Below, one piece after another: positions 28,835 to 39,973 of a DNA stretch of 39,973 bases. The notes beneath the pieces are model-generated. The model searched no databases. It worked only from the letters and a program-made list of their open reading frames with translations, and was not told the DNA's origin. Numbering within the stretch: the stretch's first letter is position 1; each line of letters opens with the position of its first letter. A program made the translations under genes and the position numbers. The DNA is from Tubiluchus corallicola (taxonomy: Eukaryota; Animalia; Priapulida), in the NCBI GenBank assembly GCA_030141605.1, contig JAQGDQ010001460.1:1-39973 (forward strand), in the 5' to 3' direction.

Positions 28835-29374
28835 AGGAAAAGCGGATGATTGTGTAAACACGAGTTCAGAATAAAGAATGCTCTAAAATATTAAAAACTA
28901 CAATAGCTTATTTTAAATCAAAGCTTAGATTAAATAATAATTACCTCAAATTTCGTTAGACTTTCAAAGCTACGCGCGGCTGTGTGAATCTACTAAGATT
29001 GGCAGCGGCGCCTTTTTGTCACATTCACGTGGCCGACAAATAAAAGGCAGTACTGTGATAACCATGATCATGAACTACAGTGTTAGTTTCTGACGTCATG
29101 TTACGTAGAGCCTATTTTCGCGACATCATCCGTTTAAGCAGTACTGTAACACTTATGCAAGCGTGCTTGATGCGCAAGGGAAGACGCCTGCCATTGCACA
29201 AACTGTGGTTAGTTTCTGACGTAAGCAATAGTTCCGTTCAGTTGTCATTAATCAACTTTCTAAGCTAATTATTCAAATATAAGGAACCATTGTTAACTTT
29301 TATAGGCAAGAAAATGTATATTTTGGACAGTAAATTAAAATTAGATTGGGTCTAAACAATCGTCCGGTCTTCCT
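28835..29374 (+). mobile_element. Kolobok-like family B element, full-length
   Basis: TTAA at 28831-28834 and 29375-29378; 25-bp TIR AGGAAAAGCGGATGATTGTGTAAAC vs AGGAAGACCGGACGATTGTTTAGAC (20/25). Confidence 0.87.
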
Positions 29375-29404
29375 TTAAATTGATTATACAGCATTAAATT
29401 TGTT

Positions 29405-29690
29405 TTAGCGATAACGCTGTATAAAACTTGTAAATTTAAAATTCCACTGATGACCGTAAGGGGCAGTCATTGTGTCGGTTGGTCTTGAATATGAATTTTG
29501 GAAAAACAAAGTAGAGCATTTGTAGCGTACACTTTACTAACTAAAACAAGTATAAATTACTTGATCTTTCCAATAAGATTAAGGATATGTTTTTGGTGAA
29601 CCACTGACGTTTCTTTGTGCACACTGGATAGTGAAACAGTGACGTTTTGCCAGTCGACAAGAACATTTTAAGTTATTAAGAATTTACCTT
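29405..29690 (+). repeat. Dispersed repeat family E
   Basis: Shares CTGTATAAAACTTGTAAATTTAAA and GTGCACACTGG(G)ATAGTGAAACAG with 36575-36830. Confidence 0.78.
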
Positions 29691-30169
29691 TTTCAGAGGT
29701 TACACATGTCTTTCGCACAAGTAAGCGTACTGCAAGGTAAAAATAACTTTATATGGAAGGTTTTTTGAGACACATTTTAAAATACCCCTTTCTTTCCCTT
29801 TAAACTTAGATGTCTAGATTTGAAAGCAGTGTGAAAGCAGTGTGAAAACATTGTAACTACATCTGATTGCAGTGTTTAGTTATTTTTTACACTAAATTTA
29901 CAACCAGTATACAGAACTTGACGACAGAAGCTACTATTAACATTTAATGGTTGTGGCGGCACCGCAGACTAGCATTTATCAACAGCCGTCCACTAAAATA
30001 AGGCAGGGTATTGGCATGTTTGGATGAGTTTTTGGGGTAGTATAGCAAGTAAAATCGCACAGAGATAGTTGTTCCAGGGCAGTTATTGTCTATTTACTGA
30101 GTACGTTTGATGCAGCTTAACTATGATAGCCATATATATATACTCGTTTTTTTCATTTTTACCAATGCC

Positions 30170-30660
<491 letters not shown>

Positions 30661-32214
30661 CTTTACTTACATAACCCTTCTTTTCCCCTCGTTTTCCCTT
30701 TCCTTTGTCACCTCCCCTTTTATTTCTCCTCAGCGCAGCGATTGTTTACTTTTATCATACTTATTACTTTTTTACTTTTCTCTTGCTTTCGTCTACATTC
30801 CTTCCCGTTTTTCTCGCTCCATCTTTCTCAACCTTTATCACTTTCTTTCTCAATTTTCTCGTTATTTCCTCAACCAGAATTTTCCAATCCCCCAACACCC
30901 TCTAATTGCTTCGTGTTTTCACTCCCTACCCTTCACACAGCATCCGTAAGCAAAGAGTTAACTGAACTACAAATTGGCAGCAGCTTCGTAAGCAAACTTC
31001 TCTCTCCGGTAATGAAGCCAACGTGTGGACGCTGCCCAATTAAACAACCACTTCCTTTTCCCCTCTTCTAATTGGGAGGAAGAGCGGTTATAAGACATGT
31101 CTTTACTTGCACCATGTTTTCCCCTGCTACTGGGTCTTACTCTAAGGACAACGAACAGTGGCCGCTCGTACCTAAAATTAGTGAGGGTGCTGCTTCAGAA
31201 AATGTTTAGCTATTGTTTCAGAACTGTGTAAAACAAAACAAACATATGTAATTTTAATGTTGTAATTTGTAATCGTAATTTCAAACAAACAAGCAAACAA
31301 ACATATGAAAGTTTATACATAAACTTATCAAAATCGTAAACAAAAAATGCTTATTAATAGCCTAAATTGTCGCAGTTCAAGCTCGATCCATTCATGGCAA
31401 GTATGTGACAACTGACAACAAACTGTGTGAGCGACAGTACTTTCTCTACCTAACAGCCAAACACAAAACTGTGCTGTGAAGCAAACAGTACTCTCACGTG
31501 CTCTGGTTCCGTGCAAGTATAAAGAAAGAACTAAAGAAAAAGACTATTATATTGAATGTTATGGATAATAATGACTGAAAATAGGGGTTGTTGCAGTTCC
31601 ACAGAACCTACGAACGAGCCGCCACTGCAATGAGTTGCACGACTGCAGCGCCACAAGTGATTAAACTCACCAAATTGCAACCGTTTCAAAAGTTTACATC
31701 GTTTTGTACACTTAATTTGGTCTTTAAATATCGCCCAAATATGCTCTTGTGTCTTTCTTAAAGTGACTGACCCACATTTAATCTGGCAAGTGGCGATAAA
31801 TGTCACACCACAGTTAAGTAGGTCACGTGACAAGACCAAGTGGTCAGAAATAAACGTGGTCAGAAAAAATAAGCAATGGACGACTTCCATGTCACTTAAT
31901 GATGAAACATTGTTGCAACAAACAGACGACTCATGAAAAGTAGACGTTTTAGCAGGAAATCTTTGAATTCTGACAAAACAGGACGCACAACGTCTTTGAA
32001 AATCTGACGTGCAAAGTTTCGAAACAGGACGTTAAAATAGGATTCGAAAAGGACGTTAAATTTGAAGACAAGACACGGAAATCTTCAAAATGCAATTTGA
32101 AAGTGCTTCGAAACAGGACAAAAGTTGAAACCTTCGGGGAGTCGAATCTGATGACGTATATCACATATCTTTAAAACCACATCCACTCGCAAGGGAGCCT
32201 GCTTTTTTGATTAA

Positions 32215-32821
32215 AGGAAGACAAACTGATTTTTTCACATACTAGCGCATTTTCAAATTCAATAAAAAGTTATACATTTTAACACAATTAATACTGCAAA
32301 AGCGTTTCTGATAACTAAATAAATTAAAAACTTAATTAAGGACGGGCGAGCCCAACTATTGATGACATCATAAACTAACATAATTTTCAACAGCAAAAAT
32401 ATTCCACGAGCGTGTTGCACGTGTTTGTGAAAGCGAAAATTGAAGTACAGTGCTACTGTAAGCTATTCAGTGTGTTGTACTAAACCAGGTAAGTGTTAAG
32501 ATGAAAATTTGAATTTAAAATTTACCGCTGTGCTCACGCATGAGCTGTCGAACGTGTGCAGTTCGTCACAAACGAACACACACATCTGAACTGAGAGATA
32601 CAGCACCTGTTTTTGTGCAATGCGTTTCCGAAAGGCAGGCGCCAGTGCCCGTCTAACTAGCGAATGGCAAAATTCATGAAGAACTAGTGGGGCGAACGTG
32701 AAATTATGTTTGTGTGGTAATAATTCTTTCACGTAAGTCATTTTTGAAAAACTAGCATGTTCCCTTTCAATATTTTAAAGAGTAAATTGTTTTGACCTGC
32801 AGTTTAAGATTGGGTTTTGCT
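32215..32821 (+). mobile_element. Kolobok-like family C element, full-length
   Basis: TTAA-AGGAAGAC...GGGTTTTGCT-TTAA; homology with the 11602 copy starts and ends at about these points. Confidence 0.8.
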
Positions 32822-33825
32822 TTAAGCAATAAAATTCAATTATTTCCTGCTCTATAGTGAATTCGCTGATCTGGCTACTCTAAGTGATAAAGCAAGAGAA
32901 CTACCTCCTTCGTGCAACGTGTTTTATCACGTGGTAAAACATTTTGACAGTACAACATAATGACAGTTAGCTAACAGATTGTGGCTCATCAAGGAACAAA
33001 AGATCGAATTAAACTTGTTTGATTAGTTTGATTATCAACACAAAGCTGAATAACCTTAAGAATAACTGGAATTAAGCTGATATCCTGTCCAAAAAGCTGC
33101 ATGGCCCACCCACACTACGACTCAACGTTAATCATAAATTCATCCTCAGCAGGTTTATGTCCTAATTTAGTGCTTGTTTACGATCATAGAGGGCAATTAT
33201 CACAAATACTCGACTTACCACAGGAAAAATAATGACGTAAACAAGTCAATAGCAGCTTCTGTTTTATTTATAGCAGATAATCATGTCACTGTCAGAAAAA
33301 CAGGAGAAAATAATGATCTAATGACATTTGGATGTCGAATTAATGTTGTCTTGTCAACGATAGATGGCGCATTGCAGGTTATATTAATTTAATGTAAGGT
33401 ATTTTGGAGGTATGTACATTTTATTTGGTTATGTGCAAAGTTATAAGATATAAGAGTAAATCTCGAACGCAGCTTAGAAAATAATGACATTCGAAACATT
33501 TATAGAAAGAGAGACACTAATGAAATTAAAATGTACATAGATATCGTAAAAGAAGTAACCCAAACTGATCTTATCGTAAATTGATTATACATTGATTATA
33601 AATATTGGATATATATTTAGAATAAGTAAATCGTAATGCAAAATTGTCAGATTGTTTAGTAAGAAATTTATTTAATGTACATAGTGTAAAGACTTATTTA
33701 ACATTTTTTGTACTTTTGTGCCCTGCGGCTTCTTGTATAATTTTCAATTAAGATTTTTAACTAATTAGTTAATTATTTGGTTAAACAAAATACTTTTACT
33801 TTTAACTAATTAATGCCATTTCTTA

Positions 33826-34049
33826 CTTCTTCTTCTTCATCTTCTTCAAGGTCTCGTTCCAGCTATTGTACACACTGAGGTATCAACATTTATTAGAGTA
33901 CTCCACCCACTTCTACCTGCAGCGCAAGTTCTTCTACTATTAAAGATAGATTTGGTTGAAGTTGTTGAACATCTTTATTTATCTTAGCTATCCAAGTTGT
34001 TTTTGGTTTGCCAATTCTTACTAGTGTTTCACTCGGTAATCTGAGAAGG
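33826..34049 (-). mobile_element. RTE-clade LINE 3' fragment with (GAA)n tail
   Basis: Minus-strand translation LLRLPSET...IGKPKTTWIAKINKD...EELA, then after a frameshift GRSGWSTLI; matches the RTE C-terminal GRPKxxW...DRxxW pattern. Confidence 0.75.
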
Positions 34050-34644
34050 TAATTAATTATTTAATTAATTTTTTGCATAAGCATATTTACATAAACATAC
34101 AGAATTATCAACGAAGCAACACGCTACATACCAAAAAATTTTCCTTTACTGAATTCTATTCTAAGTTAGTTTTAAAATGTTCCGTATCTGCAGCATGTCT
34201 GCCATTATAAATTGAAGCTCAAAAGAAAAAATGCGCCATCTACCGGTGACAAGGCAAAATCGACATGCATAATCACCTTTGAACCTACTTTTCAAATTTG
34301 CGTACAAAATGGCACGCCTTTCTATGAAATTCTGTAATCACGTTGTGGATTTTACGAAAACCCATGAAAAGCTCAAAAAATAGCCGTTATTTACATTTCT
34401 GCAAGATAATTAAATTTTGCTGAAACTGCCTCTAATTTTACTAGACACACATAAACTATGGAAGCGTAAAACGCGCTCAAGTGTGAAATAAGCTTAATAT
34501 AATTAAATTACACGTTTACACCTGATATTTCTGGAAAACAGCGTAGAGAAAATTTGGTAAAGCAACTAAATGCTGAGTTGTTCTAGCAAATTAACTGATC
34601 ACGTGACCAGTGACGTCCCCATGCTTGACGTAAATAACTGAGCA

Positions 34645-34880
34645 TTGACTGATAGACTGACCAACTAACTGACTAAGTGATTGACTGACTAATTGACTAA
34701 GTGATTGACTAACTGGCTAACGGACTGATTAATTAACTGACTGACTGACTGACTGACTGACCGACCGACCGACCGACCGACCGACCGACCGACCGACCGA
34801 CCGACCGACCGACTGAACTGACTGACTGACTGACTGACTGAACTGAACTGAACTGACTGAGTAACTGACTGGCTAACTAA
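34645..34880. repeat. (GACT)n/(GACC)n tetranucleotide repeat
   Basis: Read directly; a decayed complementary tract lies at 5620-5790. Confidence 0.93.
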
Positions 34881-35269
34881 CGGGATAGCGAACCGACAGA
34901 CAGTCAAGTAGTTAAATTAATAAATTCTGTTTTCCAATAAACTAAAAAGAAAATTATGTTGCCGTATCGCAAAACGTTTTGAACAAGCGAGAGCTAATCT
35001 GACAGACAATAAACGAGTTTGACTTGAAAACACATTGTTTAATAGTCTTGCTTTCAATTAACACTTTCCTTTTGTAAATAATTACCTAATTATACCTTCC
35101 GAATTTCAGAAGCAATTTCATAATTAGTTTCAAGCTATTGCAATTGCCACCATGTGGGCCCGTAATTATTGATTAAACAATGTCTAAAAATAACACCATT
35201 GTTCCCACTGACAAACATTTCGTTGTTTTTAGTTTTTATTCCAAAAGCACCTCTGTTTTGACAGTTATA

Positions 35270-35676
35270 CTACCTCTCAATAGAAATTTTCAAGCGTGGT
35301 GGTTGCCGCCATTCACATAGAAATCGTGACGTAACTGGGTGACTTCGTGACTTTTCGTAAGCGCATCGTGATTTTCCGTTAGCGCGCGTTGTTTAGACTA
35401 TTTCAAAGTTTTGCTGCTCGTGCAAAGATATTATCTACCTAACGTTTTTGTAAAAAGTCATTATACTTCTGATGAAGATTTTCTTCAAGACGAATGACGT
35501 CATTGGAAGAAGAATGGGTCTTGAAAATGGGAGCACCCAAGCATGAAGTGATCGCGACTTTAAAGTGATTTTATTAATTACACGAGGCGCTTATTGCAGT
35601 TTTATTACCAAAACGTTCTAACATTTTTTGTAAACATTGAAATAAGCCTGACTTCCTGGAAGGGTTGACCTTTCCT
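35270..35676 (+). mobile_element. Family A, 5'-truncated
   Basis: Aligns to 661-1101; ends GACCTTTCCT-TTAA. Confidence 0.85.
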
Positions 35677-36061
35677 TTAAATTTTGTTTTTTCATCGTAT
35701 TTTGCACCTTGGAGAGCCATATACGTATTCTCATTGCAATGCAAAATCAAAATAAATTAGTTATTTCGTCACTATTAGTATGGCTTCCTCATTTTGAATT
35801 TCTCAAACCTGCATTTTTCATAAACCAAGTACTCTGACTGTCATTCAAATTTCCTTATCGATTGGTGCAGCCTGGCTTTCATCGTCTTCATTTTGACGTC
35901 TTTGCAAAAGTTTGTGTTTACACTAGAAGCAGATATATAATTCATCACACATCAGCATTTTATTACTTATATAAATCAAGAAACTGACTTCAACCCTTTA
36001 CCCACCGAATAAAGTTTTCAACCCTCATCACCCCTTTAAACCTCGATTAAAAATGAATTTT

Positions 36062-36314
36062 GACCAGACAGTTTAGTCTAGTGGTAATGCGTCTGCTTTC
36101 CGTTTGGGAGGTCGTGAGTTCGAACCAGCGGCCGGGTCATACCAAAGACTTTAAAAATGGTACCGCTTTGCCCTGCGTGGTATTTAGGGTAAAAGCGAGG
36201 TAATAATAGTGTCTCTTATGTAGTTGTAGGTTGTTATTTACAGTCGGCGATAATAACTCTTTGAGCTAATGTTAATTGTTGACCCAAAAGCCGACTTTAA
36301 ATAAAGATTATTAC

Positions 36315-36381
<67 letters not shown>
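36062..36381 (+). mobile_element. tRNA-derived SINE with (TTA)n tail, copy 2
   Basis: A-box TAGTCTAGTGG, B-box GTTCGAACC, core GTCATACCAAAGACTTTAAAAATGGTAC (recalled as Meta/MESC-domain-like), AATAAA and a (TTA)n tail at 36308-36381. Confidence 0.88.
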
Positions 36382-36574
36382 GACACAAATTAATATGATT
36401 TAATTAGAACTTTTCAGAAATTAGAGTTATCCTTAATAAGTATAATTATAGATTCGAAGCCAAATGAAATAATATCCTTAAAGCACAAGAAAATCATTTA
36501 CTTACATAAAGCTAAAAATTTCGTCTTAAAATTTTCGATCACCTACATGCTATCTTATTGCACGTAGAGCTTGC

Positions 36575-36830
36575 CTTAGCTGTAACCCTGTATAAAACTT
36601 GTAAATTTAAATGCCATTTTAACAGTAACTCATTTGAAACAAGTTTATGCAATAATCGTGTAAAGTTTGAAAAATAATCAGAGCATTCGCAGCGCACACT
36701 TCCCTGGCTAAGCAAAAGTTTAATTGACTCTATCTTGTGTTTAGTGAATCACTGGTGCACACTGGGATAGTGAAACAGCGTCGTTTGACCAGGTGACGCG
36801 AACATTTTAAATACGTAACTAAGAATTTTC
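36575..36830 (+). repeat. Dispersed repeat family E
   Basis: Aligns with 29405-29690. Confidence 0.78.
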
Positions 36831-37018
36831 TCTTCCAGTTACGTAAGTCTTTCAAAGTCTTAACTATAACTGTCACTTGACATTTGGGTAAAACAAAATC
36901 GTTTGCCGCATCAGTTCAAAAAGTTCAGTTGTTTTACGTGGAAGTAACCTAATTATGCATTAGTCTGTGCATAAAGTGATTTACTAGTAGGATCTTGCTT
37001 GGGAACAAGAAAAAATGA

Positions 37019-37169
37019 ACTAGGTAAGGTTCTAGCTAGTTGTTCAACTGTTATTATTACAATACCATGGGCTGCGAGGCATTGTCAAGTGTACACAAAT
37101 GCATTGTCTGGTAGACTTAACCTTTGACCTTTTCACGATCACAAATCAACCGCTGGAACTGAGAAAAGG
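37019..37169 (+). repeat. Unclassified dispersed repeat (copy of 2651-2797)
   Basis: Alignment by eye. Confidence 0.8.
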
Positions 37170-38162
37170 ATTATTGCTGCAACAGTCCCCTCAATACCGA
37201 AATCTGTTTCCAAACAAGCCCAAGTTGAACTTATTACCGGGCTTGGCTCCCACTTTCTCTCCAAAGTGGACGACTGAGAGTTAACACTGGAGGTTATGCA
37301 ACAAGAGCTTTGCGACTCTATTAAATGACAAACTTTAATGGCCAAGACATCTATTGATGTGCGATGTCCTTTTTTCTGCAGACAAACATCTTCCATTAAG
37401 AGCTGTTATTCCGCGGCATCGATAAGCTTTTCAGCGTCCAGAAATCAGGACGTACCAGGAAGAAGCTGAAGAAAAGTACCAGCAGGCAGAGGATGCTAAT
37501 CTATAAATGCTCTGGTTTTTCACACAGTTCAACACCGTGTAACCTTGAATCAAACACCCAGAAGCACGACCTGCTTAATGTGCATGCTTGCAGCAGGACC
37601 GGTATCTGCTTTGTTGTTAGAGACAATTCTCTGTTGTGATCCAGAGAAACTAGCAGATGTATCTTAACCATTTTCGAATCTGAATACGTCCCCCTTGTAT
37701 GAAGTAAACATACGAGGCTGTAGGGCAGGTGAAACAACACTCACTGGTCATGCATCTGCTTACTGGCCAGGCAGAGTATTGCATTACTTTTGTCAAACCT
37801 CATAATAATATACTAGTACGTATAACTCCACGATCTTACGAATGTTTCTATGAAATTTTGTGAAGCCAAGCTCTGACATGCCTAATAAACAATTAAATCC
37901 TTGGATTTTCTAACACACTGCAAAAGGTTTGATCAGGCAGCTTGTGTTTAGTTGATCACGTGATCGCCGTCATCATTATGCACACGGTACGTTGAAGCAC
38001 TCTCTATGTCAAATCTAATCTTCTAAACATGATTATACTGGGCAGATTATTAGACACACAATACACTCTAGCAGTCAGAGAGCTTGTCTGTTTAAATATG
38101 AGTTATTTAATGTACATTCACGCTGATTGAGCTACAGATAATGTACAAGACGTTGATAATGT

Positions 38163-38178
38163 CCAATGCGCATGCGCA
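38163..38178. promoter_or_regulatory. Perfect NRF1/ewg palindrome with an abutting CCAAT
   Basis: TGCGCATGCGCA at 38167-38178. Confidence 0.5.
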
Positions 38179-38507
38179 AAAGCCTTGACAGCAGGACACC
38201 AGAGAATTGCTTCAAAAAGCGCCAGCTGAGTGATGTTTTGAGTATTCGAAATTCTTTATAAATGCCATAAAGATGGGAATGTTAAGCCTGTTCACGTTGA
38301 AAATGTTTACTTGATTAAAGTTTAGTAATTATTTACACAATGTGATTATTTAGCTTGAACATGTGTAGATTTATAGCACAGTAACAATCAACGATATTTA
38401 GCTACAAAAAGCTGATTGCTCACTGAAATCTACTTCAGAACAGTTTAGAAGCACAAGAGTTTAAAAATATTAATTATTAACTTTTATGTACGTTTATGTT
38501 AGTACAT

Positions 38508-38600
38508 AAAATTATGTTAGTTTGTGATGCCATCAATAGTTGGTCTCACCCGCTGTTAATTAAATTTTTAACTTATTTTTTAATTACCAGAAACGCTTTG
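38508..38600 (-). mobile_element. Family C short fragment
   Basis: Reverse complement of ~32297-32388. Confidence 0.7.
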
Positions 38601-38630
38601 ACATTGCACATAATGTATGGATTTACCATA

Positions 38631-38932
38631 CAGTAAGTCCTCGCTTAACGACTCTCCATTTACTGACGTTTCGTTTGAATGACGCTGAACATTTGACACC
38701 TCTTAAGCAAGCACAAAGAAACTAATTAGTAGAACCCATAAAAAAACTCATAAAGCATTGACTTTAAAAGATTTAAGCAGCACTGATTTTTGCCTCTGGA
38801 ACGTATCTCATTTCTTTACATTACTTTCTATGGAAGTTTTGGTTTCGTTTAACGACGTTCCGTTTAATGACGTTTCGTTTAACGGCGTTTCGTTTAACAC
38901 CGCGTTTAGCATTGTTAAGCGAAGACTTACTG
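38631..38932. mobile_element. pogo/Tigger-like (Tc1/mariner superfamily) MITE
   Basis: TA on both sides; 19-bp TIR CAGTAAGTC(C/T)TCGCTTAAC (18/19); subterminal 15-bp repeats TTTCGTTTAACGACG. Confidence 0.88.
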
Positions 38933-39142
38933 TACTTCAAAATGGCGCTGGATGTGAAAAATTGTGCTGTTTTCCTTTAAAGCAAAAAGATGGCGTTGTG
39001 AAGTTGATAAACGTGCGTAAAATATGTGAAGTTAAACGTAAATCTACTTAACAGAAGTAAAAGCATTAATCACTTACCCGACGTCTTCTTCAGTCATCAA
39101 CTTCAATCATACATAGACCTTGCTAGCTTGATTTCTAAGAAC

Positions 39143-39973
39143 CTCTCCCTACGGCTTCCTGGCTCTCCCTACTGGCCTGGCTCCCCTACTGGCCCTTGCT
39201 CTCCCTACGGCTTCCTTCTCTCCCTACTGGCTTCCTTGGCTCTCCCTACTGGCTTCCTTGACTCTCCCTACTGGCTTTCTTGGCTCTCCCTACTGGCTTC
39301 CTTGGCTCTCCCTACTGGCTTCCTTGGCTCTCCCTACTGGCTTCCTTGGCTCTCCCTACTGGCTTTCTTGGCTGTCCCTACTGGCTTCCTTGGCTCTCCC
39401 TACTGGCTTTCTTGGCTCTCCCCACGGCTTCCTTGGCTCTCCCTACTGGCTTCCTTGGCTCTCCCTACTGGCTTCCTTGGCTCTCCCAACTGGCTTCCTT
39501 GGCTCTCCCTACTGGCTTCCTTGGCTCTCCCTACTGGCTTCCTTGGCTCTCCCTACTGGCTTCCTTGGCTCTCCCTACTGGCTTCCTTGGCTCTCCCAAC
39601 TGGCTTCCTTGGCTCTCCCTACTGGCTTCCTTGGCTCTCCCTACTGGCTTCCTTGGCTCTCCCTACTGGCTTCCTTGGCTCTCCCTACTGGCTTCCTTGG
39701 CTCTCCCTACTGGCTTCCTTGGCTCTCCCTACTGGCTTCCTTGGCTCTCCCAACTGGCTTCCCCCCCACCCCCACCCCCCCTTGGCTCTCCCTACTGGCT
39801 TCCTTGGCTCTCCCTACTGGCTTCCTTGGCTCTCCCTACTGGCTTCCTTGGCTCTCCCTACTGGCTTTCTTGGCTGTCCCTACTGGCTTCCTTGGCTCTC
39901 CCTACTGGCTTTCTTGGCTCTCCCCACTGGCTTCCTTGGCTCTCCCTACTGGCTTCCTTGGCTCTCCCTACTG
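39143..39973. repeat. 22-bp minisatellite running off the window end
   Basis: Unit CTCTCCCTACTGGCTTCCTTGG; C-rich interruption at ~39761-39781. Confidence 0.97.

Noticed and set aside
29446-29470. Additional hammerhead at CTGATGA (also 35469 and CTGACGA at 17443)
   Set aside because: No stem II followed by GAAA and NUH in the required arrangement.
31930-32160. Degenerate GAAA(C)AGGACG repeats as a functional array
   Set aside because: Irregular spacing and low identity; I cannot distinguish it from an old decayed minisatellite.

Overview
This window is eukaryotic (most likely invertebrate animal) DNA. It is AT-rich, repeat-dense and essentially intronic or intergenic. Almost every ORF in the track is a translation of microsatellites or tandem repeats. 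The only recognisable protein-coding remnants are two decayed non-LTR retrotransposon 3' ends: CR1/L2-group at 21107-22000 and RTE at 33826-34049. Four families of TTAA-flanked, AG...CT-terminated non-autonomous DNA elements (Kolobok/T2-like) dominate, including one ~1.1 kb foldback element and one family whose 5' terminus is amplified as a 72-bp tandem array. Also present: two copies of a tRNA-derived SINE, a TA-flanked pogo/Tigger-like MITE, a hAT-like mini-element, a ~1.7 kb direct duplication with mosaic divergence, many minisatellites, and a 187-bp hairpin made of two inverted minimal hammerhead-ribozyme-like motifs of the Penelope type. Between the repeats are CpG-rich patches with promoter motifs and minus-strand splice donors, which may be alternative first exons of one large gene; one would encode an N-terminal MGVCC acylation motif. 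All of this was read by eye with no searches run. Family names come from recalled terminal or motif signatures, and fragment coordinates are approximate. No CRISPR array, intact gene or clearly new enzymatic system is supported.
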